Assembly: GCA_035548815.1 (NCBI GenBank)
Contig: DASZSF010000005.1
Coordinates: forward strand, 115,741-179,740
From: Minisyncoccota bacterium
GTDB taxonomy: Bacteria; Patescibacteriota; Minisyncoccia; Phycocordibacterales; SBAW01
Length of the DNA: 64,000 nucleotides
Direction: 5' to 3'
Part shown: positions 19,675 through 27,248 of the stretch, one piece after another
Position numbering within the stretch: the stretch's first letter is position 1
Layout of the letters: each line of letters starts with the position of its first letter
Made by a program: the position numbers and the translations under genes
Notes under the pieces: generated by a model
Told to the model about the DNA's origin: nothing
Database searches by the model: none
Seen by the model: only the letters and a program-made list of their open reading frames with translations

Positions 19675-20406
19675 ATGATACTTACGTTACTTGCAGCAGC
19701 AGCATTTGCAGCCACCATGATAGGAGGCAGCGTTGCACTTAAGCTCCGCGACCGTCTGCATCTCATTCTTGGATTTAGCGCAGGCGCGGTGATCGCAGTG
19801 GCTTTTTTTGATCTGTTGCCTGAATCGCTCGAGCTTGCTGGCGAGAGATATGCTACTTCAGCCATTACTGCATTCGTGGCGCTTGGATTTTTGCTCTATC
19901 TCTTACTCGACCGCTTACTTGTGCTTCATGGTCATGGGCATTCCGATGATGTTCAAGAAGAGCATGGCTCGCATCATCGTGGGCATGTGCGTGCCGGTTC
20001 ACTTTCAATACATAGTTTTCTTGACGGCGTTGGCATAGGTTTGGCATTTCAGGTCTCTCCGACTGTGGGGCTTATTGTTGCGGCCGCTGTGTTAGCCCAT
20101 GATTTCTCTGATGGCATTAATACCGTCAATGTAGTGGTGCGTCATGGGGGTACGCGTACGCAAGCCATGCGCTGGTTGCTTGCCGATGCGGTAGCTCCTG
20201 TCATCGGCATAATAACCGCATCATTTTTTGTAGTGCCTGCGGCAATCCTCGGGCTTTTGCTCGCACTTTTCTGTGGATTTTTTCTCTATATAGGCGCATC
20301 TGACCTTATACCAGAAAGCCACCATGTGCATCCGACATTTTGGACGACATTTATGACACTTGTCGGCGCGGCAGTGCTCTTCGTTGCTATATCAGTAGCA
20401 GGGTAG
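19675..20406 (+). CDS. ZIP-family metal transporter
   Basis: FSAG......DLLPE, His-rich loop, HSFLDG, HDFSDG. Confidence 0.9.
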   Translation: MILTLLAAAAFAATMIGGSVALKLRDRLHLILGFSAGAVIAVAFFDLLPESLELAGERYATSAITAFVALGFLLYLLLDRLLVLHGHGHSDDVQEEHGSHHRGHVRAGSLSIHSFLDGVGIGLAFQVSPTVGLIVAAAVLAHDFSDGINTVNVVVRHGGTRTQAMRWLLADAVAPVIGIITASFFVVPAAILGLLLALFCGFFLYIGASDLIPESHHVHPTFWTTFMTLVGAAVLFVAISVAG

Positions 20407-20427
20407 AGGCCGTGCTAAAGTAAAGAC

Positions 20428-20628
20428 ATGAACGAACAGCTTGACCGATTAGAAATGAAGCTCGCAGAACTTGAAGGGAAGGTTGATACTGTTTTTGCCT
20501 CGGTCGAAAAGATGCGGAAGTACACGATGTGGACAGGCATCATCACTGTCGCTGTCATTGTCATTCCACTCTTGCTTTTGCCGCTCTTTGTTCCGTCTTT
20601 TTTGGCCTCGCAAGGTCTAGGTTTGTAA
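20428..20628 (+). CDS. Small membrane protein
   Basis: Coiled coil + SVEKMRKY..WT + TM; -10 box 6 nt upstream. Confidence 0.65.
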   Translation: MNEQLDRLEMKLAELEGKVDTVFASVEKMRKYTMWTGIITVAVIVIPLLLLPLFVPSFLASQGLGL

Positions 20629-20726
20629 GTACTTGCGTTTATTTTAATAAGTGGTATGGTAGCTCGGAGCTTCATTTGAAGCTCATGTTTGTTTGTGCAC
20701 TATTAGTCAGAAAACCCTTATTTTAT

Positions 20727-21764
20727 ATGACATTTCGCCGCATAGCTGCGCTCATCATCGCTCCTGCACTCGTAGTAGGGCTTCCTTTGTTTGCATTGGC
20801 ACAGAACGCCCCATACTCGCAGGTCATTATTTCCACACAGACTATCCCGGGAACTCCGGCACCGTCCATCGCGCCGATTGTCTACGTCAACGCGACGACT
20901 CCTTCAATGGCGGGAATACCGAATGTAAACAATTCGACCATCAGCTATGCGTCGGCATTTAACAACGATGTTCGTACAGTAACCTTCACTCCGGGCAGCT
21001 ACAATGTCGTTGCAACGGTTCCTGCGGGATACTACGCAAGCTACTCTCCAGACTGCACTGGCTTTACGCCGCTTTCAGGTGCTATCCGCAGCTGCACCAT
21101 ATTGCTTTCAAATGTCCCTCCGCAGACTGGTCCTGCATGCCCTCAGGGTTGGGTAAGCAACGGCAGTTTCTGCGTACAGCAAAATGTCCAGTACCAGGGC
21201 TCGACAGCTCCTTCGACCTTGAGCTGCGCACCAAGCTACCAGAGCATCGGCGCAGGACAGGCTGCTACCTTTACCGCAACTGGCGGCACGGGTTCGTATA
21301 ACTGGACGACTGCAACCCGCACGAGCTTAAACGTCGGCCCTTCATACACGACTGTCTTCCAGACTAGTGGGCCGCAGACGGTGATTGTTTCGAGCGGCAC
21401 TCAGACTGCAAACTGCACCATCACTGTTGGTTCAGTAAATGGTCCGATAACCTACTCTGGCTCGGGCACATACACGGGCGGCAACACGTACACGTACGCA
21501 AATGGCAATGGCAGCTACACCTACACGAGCGTTGCTCCTACCAACACAACTGTTGCTACGAACTACACGGGCCCAGTTGTTACCTACACGACTGTTTCGA
21601 ACAACCCTTCAGTAACTGCAAGCTACGTTCCTGCATCATTGCCGAACACTGGCTTTGAACCGCAAAACGGCGCTGCGCTTGCCCTTGCCCTTGTCTTCCT
21701 TATCGGTGCTTCTATCTTCGCTGCTCCGTATGTCCGACAAGCATTTGCTGTTGCCCTCCGCTAA
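20727..21764 (+). CDS. Secreted Ig-like sortase substrate (LPNTG)
   Basis: Signal peptide, Thr/Ser/Cys beta-rich domains, LPNTG + TM; directly before sortase. Confidence 0.8.
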   Translation: MTFRRIAALIIAPALVVGLPLFALAQNAPYSQVIISTQTIPGTPAPSIAPIVYVNATTPSMAGIPNVNNSTISYASAFNNDVRTVTFTPGSYNVVATVPAGYYASYSPDCTGFTPLSGAIRSCTILLSNVPPQTGPACPQGWVSNGSFCVQQNVQYQGSTAPSTLSCAPSYQSIGAGQAATFTATGGTGSYNWTTATRTSLNVGPSYTTVFQTSGPQTVIVSSGTQTANCTITVGSVNGPITYSGSGTYTGGNTYTYANGNGSYTYTSVAPTNTTVATNYTGPVVTYTTVSNNPSVTASYVPASLPNTGFEPQNGAALALALVFLIGASIFAAPYVRQAFAVALR

Positions 21765-21765
21765 G

Positions 21766-22428
21766 ATGGGCGTTCCTGTTACATCAACAACGCGCCGTGT
21801 GGGCGAATGGATTTTCATCGCGCTCGGTGCTGCAGCCGTACTCTATGGTCTCGTGAATGTGTTGTCTCGTATTTCAGATCGCCTTGATCTTGATTCAAGT
21901 GTCGTACAAACAGCCTTTGCGCCGCTTGGCACCCTGGGTACGAACTCGATATTGCCGCAAACTGCCACCAGCACGACGCCTATCATTCCGACGCGCATCG
22001 TTATTTCTTCGATCGGTGTAAATGCCGCAGTTGAACGCGTGGGTAAAAAGGCCGATGGCTCGATGGCAACCCCGTCGTCGTTTGAGACGACGGGTTGGTA
22101 TGAACTTGGAGCTAAGCCTGGTGAAGCAGGGAATGCAGTCATCGACGGCCACGTCAACAACGCACTCACGAAAGCGGGTGTGTTTGAACATCTCTCTGAC
22201 GTAAAAATAGGGGACACTATTGCCGTATCTGATGCGAGCGGCCGCACTCTTACCTTCGTGGTTTCTGAAACCGACCAATACAATACTGAAAGCGCTCCTG
22301 CGGCAGAGATCTTTACTGCCTCGGGCACATCACAGCTTGTGCTCATTACCTGCGACGGCCAGTGGGATGCCGCTGCGCACTCCTACGACAAGCGCTTTGT
22401 CGTCTACGCAAAGCTGACAACCCGGTAG
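21766..22428 (+). CDS. Class F sortase
   Basis: GWY..G.KPGE.GNAVIDGH, LVLITC, KR. Confidence 0.92.
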   Translation: MGVPVTSTTRRVGEWIFIALGAAAVLYGLVNVLSRISDRLDLDSSVVQTAFAPLGTLGTNSILPQTATSTTPIIPTRIVISSIGVNAAVERVGKKADGSMATPSSFETTGWYELGAKPGEAGNAVIDGHVNNALTKAGVFEHLSDVKIGDTIAVSDASGRTLTFVVSETDQYNTESAPAAEIFTASGTSQLVLITCDGQWDAAAHSYDKRFVVYAKLTTR

Positions 22429-22561
22429 CCCGGGCCTTACTTGCATTTTCATACGGGAAATGCTCTACTGAGGGCGTTCGAGTAAGTTCTCCATGTGCCA
22501 TTAGGCGTCAGGAGGGTCGCCTTACGAAGGACAGTATTAACCAACTCGTTTTTCGCACACT

Positions 22562-22813
22562 ATGGCACGCAAATTGTTCGTCGGTGGCCTTCCGTACCGC
22601 ACTACGGGGGATGAGCTCCGTGACGCGTTCGCACAGGCAGGCGAAGTCGTTTCAGCATCGATTGTCACCGATCGCGAAACCGGCCGCTCACGCGGTTTCG
22701 GCTTCGTCGAAATGGCAGATGAATCTGCTGATGCAGCTATTTCTATGTGGAATGGCAAGGACTTCGGTGGCCGCATGCTTACCGTCTCCGACGCACGCCC
22801 TAAGGCTCAGTAA
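22562..22813 (+). CDS. RRM (RNP-1) RNA-binding protein
   Basis: KLFVGGL, DRETGRSRGFGFVEM. Confidence 0.95.
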   Translation: MARKLFVGGLPYRTTGDELRDAFAQAGEVVSASIVTDRETGRSRGFGFVEMADESADAAISMWNGKDFGGRMLTVSDARPKAQ

Positions 22814-22830
22814 GACCTATTGAGTCTCGC

Positions 22831-22862
22831 AAAAACTCCGCCCCAGAAGGGCGGTTTTTTTG
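22831..22862 (+). terminator. Intrinsic terminator
   Basis: CCGCCC-caga-AGGGCGG followed by T-run. Confidence 0.7.
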
Positions 22863-23033
22863 TTACCGCTTTTTCTTTTGGTTTGTTTTGTGTACGATTC
22901 CTTACAGACGCTGTTTGTATAACGCCCGATACTCTCGGGCCTTTTTCTTTTATTTTATCGAAATTTTATGATTATTTCAGTAGGTAATTTGCTATTGTAA
23001 GAATGCTCACAGATACCGCTGTGAATTAAGCAA

Positions 23034-23102
23034 GCCAGCAGTACGGTTACAGTAGTAGGATCGGTAACCTAACTACTAAGGGTTCGACTCCCTTTGCTGG
23101 CT
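23034..23102 (+). ncRNA. Non-canonical tRNA-like element
   Basis: 7-bp acceptor GCCAGCA/TGCTGGC stacked on T-arm AAGGG-TTCGACT-CCCTT; aberrant D and anticodon arms; no encoded CCA. Confidence 0.6.
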
Positions 23103-23114
23103 GTAGGAATCTAC

Positions 23115-23142
23115 TTGACTCAATTAGGCTTTGATATATACT
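23115..23142 (+). promoter_or_regulatory. Sigma70-type promoter
   Basis: TTGACT-N16-TATACT. Confidence 0.6.
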
Positions 23143-23148
23143 AATTTC

Positions 23149-23201
23149 GAGGTTACCGATTCTACTGTTGTAAACAAAAGTCCCGCTTCGGCGGGATTTT
23201 T
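23149..23201 (+). ncRNA. Putative ~50-nt antisense sRNA with own terminator
   Basis: Starts ~7 nt after -10; 23150-23173 complementary (with G-U) to 23047-23070; ends in TCCCGC-ttcg-GCGGGA-TTTTT. Confidence 0.55.
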
Positions 23202-23215
23202 GTTACCATAGTCTC

Positions 23216-23938
23216 GTGTTACGAGAGCTTAAAAGCTTCTACAAAAAATCCGGCCGCGCGCATTTGCCGTGGAGGAAAACAAAAGATCCGTACAAAATTT
23301 TGGTGTCTGAATTGATGCTCCAGCAGACGCAAGTTGCGCGGGTCATTCCAAAATACACGGCATTTCTAAAAAAGTTCCCAACCTGGAAAGCGCTTGCGAG
23401 CGCCCCACTGTCGGATGTGCTAAAGGAATGGCAGGGCCTAGGCTACAACCGCCGTGCAAAATTCTTGCAGCAAACGGCAAAAATAGTAACAGAAAAATAC
23501 AAAGGGAAGTTTCCAAAACAGGCGAGCGAGATAGAAGAACTGCCTGGCATTGGGCCTTACACCGCTCGCGCCGTCGCAACCTTTGCATTTAACAGCCCCG
23601 AGATATTCATCGAAACCAACATTCGTACCGTCTTTACCCATCACTTTTTTAATGGACGAGGACAGTCCTCGTCAGTGCACGACAAAGAGATTTTGCCGCT
23701 TATTGAGAGGGAATTGAACAAGTCCAAGATGGAGCCGCGAGATTTTTATGCTGCACTCATGGATTACGGCTCGCACTTGAAAGCGAACGGCATTCGGATA
23801 AATAACAAAAGCAAACACTATACCAAACAGTCAAAGTTCGAAGGCTCCCTGCGCCAAAAACGCGCGGCGGCTCTCCGTGTCGCCCTTGCAAAAGGTGTAT
23901 CCGAAGCCGAACTTCTCAAACTCCTAAATACCAAGTAA
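23216..23938 (+). CDS. mutY: A/G-specific adenine glycosylase, minimal MutY-like (HhH-GPD)
   Basis: LPWR, PY..LVSE.MLQQTQV, W.GLGY.RRA, LPGIGPYTA; no FeS cysteines. Confidence 0.8.
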   Translation: MLRELKSFYKKSGRAHLPWRKTKDPYKILVSELMLQQTQVARVIPKYTAFLKKFPTWKALASAPLSDVLKEWQGLGYNRRAKFLQQTAKIVTEKYKGKFPKQASEIEELPGIGPYTARAVATFAFNSPEIFIETNIRTVFTHHFFNGRGQSSSVHDKEILPLIERELNKSKMEPRDFYAALMDYGSHLKANGIRINNKSKHYTKQSKFEGSLRQKRAAALRVALAKGVSEAELLKLLNTK

Positions 23939-24065
23939 TTATACGGGAGGACTCTCCTCCGTATATTTGCAATTGATATTTTTCTGTTACGTTGTATAGT
24001 TGCAATGGCAATAACCTAGGCTCTTTAACAAGTGTTTGTAGAGAGCCGCAACCCGGAGGCAGCAC

Positions 24066-24905
24066 ATGCTGCTCGTTCGCACGGACATCGTCCGCATCCT
24101 CGCCTATATGGTCGGCTTCGCCGTGGGCGCCAAGCTTTCCGAGCTCTTCACCACGAACTTCCAGTGGTGGGCCGCGTGTATCGGCGCCGCCGTGGGTGGC
24201 GCTGTCGCCTACATCGCGTATGACCTGCGCGAAGTCCGCGACGGCCTGCTGCACGCGTACAGGCGCACCATCAACTGGACGCCGTATCGGCCGTACTGGA
24301 GGGCAGTCTTCGCCATGTGCGGAGGTTTTCTGTCCCTCATTTACACTGTGCTGACGGGCGTCATGATTCTGTTCGTCCCTGAGTTCATGCCACTTGGACA
24401 CATGGCCTGGTTCGGTCTCGCCATGTTCGTCTTCGCCACTGTTTTCGGAATCAGTATGGGATTCCTAGTGGTTCGCGATACGAAGCACGATGTTGGCTAC
24501 GTGGAGCATGGCTACTTCCGTCTGTGCAAGCTGGAGAGTGATGGTGTCGAGCTCAGGCGTACCGTTAATCCTGTGACGGCGGTCAGGTTCCTTCTGTCGC
24601 TCCTGAAGATCGTCGTCGTGGAAGCGCCGGGCCTCATCTGGTTCTTCGTGACCGGGACAGCGGGCCGTATGGCGCGCGGCGCTCGCGCAATCGCGCGCTT
24701 CGCCGTCGAGTTCATCGCCTACATCCACTCGAAGAACCGCGCGATCTGCGCGATGGACGTCATGTTCGGCGTCCTCGTCGGCGCTGCTCTGAGCTACACC
24801 TGGCTGGCGTTCGGCGTCGGCCTGCTCGTTGGGCTCGGCTTCGGCATCGTCCACGAACGGTACCTGGCGCCCAAGCTGCTGGCCTGGGCGACGGCGCGCC
24901 GTTAG
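24066..24905 (+). CDS. High-GC orphan multi-TM membrane protein
   Basis: Promoter TTGATA-N16-TATAGT, SD GGAGG 6 nt before ATG, several hydrophobic helices, terminator 24927-24960. Confidence 0.7.
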   Translation: MLLVRTDIVRILAYMVGFAVGAKLSELFTTNFQWWAACIGAAVGGAVAYIAYDLREVRDGLLHAYRRTINWTPYRPYWRAVFAMCGGFLSLIYTVLTGVMILFVPEFMPLGHMAWFGLAMFVFATVFGISMGFLVVRDTKHDVGYVEHGYFRLCKLESDGVELRRTVNPVTAVRFLLSLLKIVVVEAPGLIWFFVTGTAGRMARGARAIARFAVEFIAYIHSKNRAICAMDVMFGVLVGAALSYTWLAFGVGLLVGLGFGIVHERYLAPKLLAWATARR

Positions 24906-24926
24906 TCGGCGGCTTCTGCAAACGCG

Positions 24927-24960
24927 AAGGCCCGGAGAAATCCCGGGCCTTTTTCTTTTC
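24927..24960 (+). terminator. Intrinsic terminator
   Basis: AAGGCCCGG-N7-CCGGGCCTT followed by T-rich tract. Confidence 0.75.
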
Positions 24961-25028
24961 TTTATTTTTATTTATATCGAGGACGGGTCCTTGATAAACC
25001 TCGAAAAAGAAAACGCCTCCGACTTTCG

Positions 25029-25292
25029 TCAGGGCGTTTGTGTCTGGTCAGCGTAGAGGACGTCCATTTGGACACGGCCGACGTCGACCTGGTTAGTCAC
25101 TTTTGTCGAAATGCGGCCGATTTCCTCCATGGTCATCCCATCGGGAAATTTGATGAAAACGCACGTGAAGTGCTTGCGCGCGTCTCCCATTGTGGCGACT
25201 GCTTTTGGCCCCAGGCCGGTAACAGTACAGCCATAGGGCTCGACTACTGCAGTGACCGCGTCCCACAACTCTTTGTCGTCGGTTTCTCCCAT
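25029..25292 (-). CDS. Orphan small protein with a GMP-synthase C-terminal-like motif
   Basis: AAGGAGG SD 10 nt upstream; AVATMGDAR...ISTKVTNQV..GRV..DV resembles the GuaA C-terminal pattern. Confidence 0.6.
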   Translation of the reverse strand: MGETDDKELWDAVTAVVEPYGCTVTGLGPKAVATMGDARKHFTCVFIKFPDGMTMEEIGRISTKVTNQVDVGRVQMDVLYADQTQTP

Positions 25293-25334
25293 CGACAGAA
25301 GCCCTCCTTAGCTTCTACTTGGACTATAGCAACG

Positions 25335-27209
25335 CTATACTCCGAGGACAACGGGGATAACGATTGGGCGTTTGTTTGTCTTTTCGAAGAGGAAGCGGGC
25401 GACGGCGTCGGTGACGTTGTTTTTAACGTAGTCGAAGTTGATAGGCTGCATGCCGCGGGTCGTGTCTTCGATGGTCTTTTTAACAATGAGGCGCGTTTGC
25501 GAAAGCAATTCCTGATTTTCGCGCAAATAGACGAAACCACGCGAGATGATGTCCGGACTCTTGCGCAGGCGGCCGTTTTTCGGGTTGACCGTCGCAATAA
25601 TGACGAACATGCCTTCCTGTGCGAGCACGCTTCTGTCGCGAATGACCACCTCTTGGATGTCGCCGATAGAAAAGCCATCTACCAAACGCAGGCTGTTAGG
25701 GGCATGCTCTTTGAGTCGAGTGATGGTCTGGCCCTCATCGCGGATTTCAATGACGGTGCCATTGTCTGGAATGATGACGTCTTCTTCGCGGCGGCCGCAG
25801 GCTTTCGCGATTTCACCATGCGTGCGGAGCATGTAGTGATAGCCGTGCATTGGCATAAAGAAGCGCGGGTTGACATGCATGTGGATCCACACAAGCTCAT
25901 CCCGGTTTGCGTGGCCCGATGCATGGATGTCCATCGTTTTGCGGTGGATTATCTTAGCGCCTTGGCGCGAAATGTTGTCTTTGAGTTTTTGCACCGAGCG
26001 TTCGTTGCCCGGGATGACCGACGAGGAAAGCAGCACGATGTCGGTCGGTTTTATCTTGATGTATTTGTGCGTCTTCATCGCTATGCGCATGAGCGCGGCG
26101 AATTCGTCACCCTGTGCGCCCGTCGCCAAAACAATAATCTTGCTGTCAGGGAGACTTTCAAGTTCTTGCGGACCGATGAAGGTCTTTTCCGGCAGTTTGA
26201 GCATGCCGAGCTGTTTGACGATGTCGATGTTGACCTTCATTGAGCGCCCTTCGACAAGCACGTGCTTGCCGGCGTTGGCTGCAGTTTCGATGATATGGAT
26301 GAGACGCTCAAGCTGTGACGAGAAGGTGCCAATGATAAGGCGGCCTTTGGTCGACGTGATGACCTCTTCCATGTTCTTGCGAACGGTGCGTTCTGGAAGT
26401 GAGAATCCAGGCTCTTCGCAGTTAGTCGAGTCTGCCATGAGCATCAAGACGTTCATGTCTTTGAAAATTGCCCACTCCTTTTCTTCCGTCTCGGTCGGAA
26501 CGCCGTTGATGTGGTCGAGTTTCAAGTCGCCGGTTGCAACGATGTTGCCGTGCGGGGTTTCGATGATGATACCCATCGAGTCGGGGATGGTGTGCGTCAC
26601 AGAGAAGAAGCGCACTTTTATTTTGCCTGCGCGGACGGTCTCATTCTTTTCAACCTCGTGCATGGTCAAAGGCTTCAGGTTAGGAAATTCCTCCTGGCGC
26701 TTCTTGATCATTATTGATGTTAAAAGGCGTGTGTATACAGGCGGGTAGCCGATACGGTCGATGATATAGGGGATGCCGCCGATGTGATCGAGGTGGCCGT
26801 GGGTGATGAACATGCCGCGGATTTTGTCGCGACGTTCTTCGAGGTAGCGCGTGTTAGGCAAGATGTAGTCGATGCCCGGGGTATCGTCTTCTCGGAATTG
26901 GAAACCGCAGTCGATGATCAAAATGTCATCGCCGTATTCAACGGCCGTCATGTTGCGGCCGATTTCCTCGACGCCGCCAAGCGGAATGATGCGGATATTG
27001 CCTGCTTCAAGCTGTGGAACTGGCTTTTCGTCGCCATTGCCTGCAGTTTGCGGCTCACCATCTTTTATTTCGCGTACCGGGTGAGGTTGATGAGGTTTTG
27101 GACCGCCGCGTCGGTTAAAGTCGTTGCGTCGGCCTCTGTTACGGCCTGCGCCTCTTGCGTGATTTCTTCCCTCGCCGTGCCCCGCTTTGCGGGGTTTCTT
27201 TTCTTCCAT
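25335..27209 (-). CDS. rnj: Ribonuclease J
   Basis: PLGGVEEIGRNM, THGHLDHIGG, HASGH, PDIISRGFVY. Confidence 0.97.
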   Translation of the reverse strand: MEEKKPRKAGHGEGRNHARGAGRNRGRRNDFNRRGGPKPHQPHPVREIKDGEPQTAGNGDEKPVPQLEAGNIRIIPLGGVEEIGRNMTAVEYGDDILIIDCGFQFREDDTPGIDYILPNTRYLEERRDKIRGMFITHGHLDHIGGIPYIIDRIGYPPVYTRLLTSIMIKKRQEEFPNLKPLTMHEVEKNETVRAGKIKVRFFSVTHTIPDSMGIIIETPHGNIVATGDLKLDHINGVPTETEEKEWAIFKDMNVLMLMADSTNCEEPGFSLPERTVRKNMEEVITSTKGRLIIGTFSSQLERLIHIIETAANAGKHVLVEGRSMKVNIDIVKQLGMLKLPEKTFIGPQELESLPDSKIIVLATGAQGDEFAALMRIAMKTHKYIKIKPTDIVLLSSSVIPGNERSVQKLKDNISRQGAKIIHRKTMDIHASGHANRDELVWIHMHVNPRFFMPMHGYHYMLRTHGEIAKACGRREEDVIIPDNGTVIEIRDEGQTITRLKEHAPNSLRLVDGFSIGDIQEVVIRDRSVLAQEGMFVIIATVNPKNGRLRKSPDIISRGFVYLRENQELLSQTRLIVKKTIEDTTRGMQPINFDYVKNNVTDAVARFLFEKTNKRPIVIPVVLGV

Positions 27210-27248
27210 GAATCTGGTGAATCTATCTTCTAATGAATAAAATATTTT

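Noticed and set aside
23034-23102. Calling the element a standard tRNA, tmRNA or SRP RNA
   Set aside because: No U8/A14 pattern, 8-nt loop without a canonical anticodon context, too short for tmRNA, no SRP motif
23158-23175. TTCTACTGTTGTA matches part of the Cas12a direct repeat
   Set aside because: Single copy, stem broken (GTAAA not GTAGA), no spacers or cas genes in the window; better explained by complementarity to 23047-23070
25038-26748. Long + strand ORFs (401 and 292 aa)
   Set aside because: Antisense shadows of rnj with no recognisable motifs
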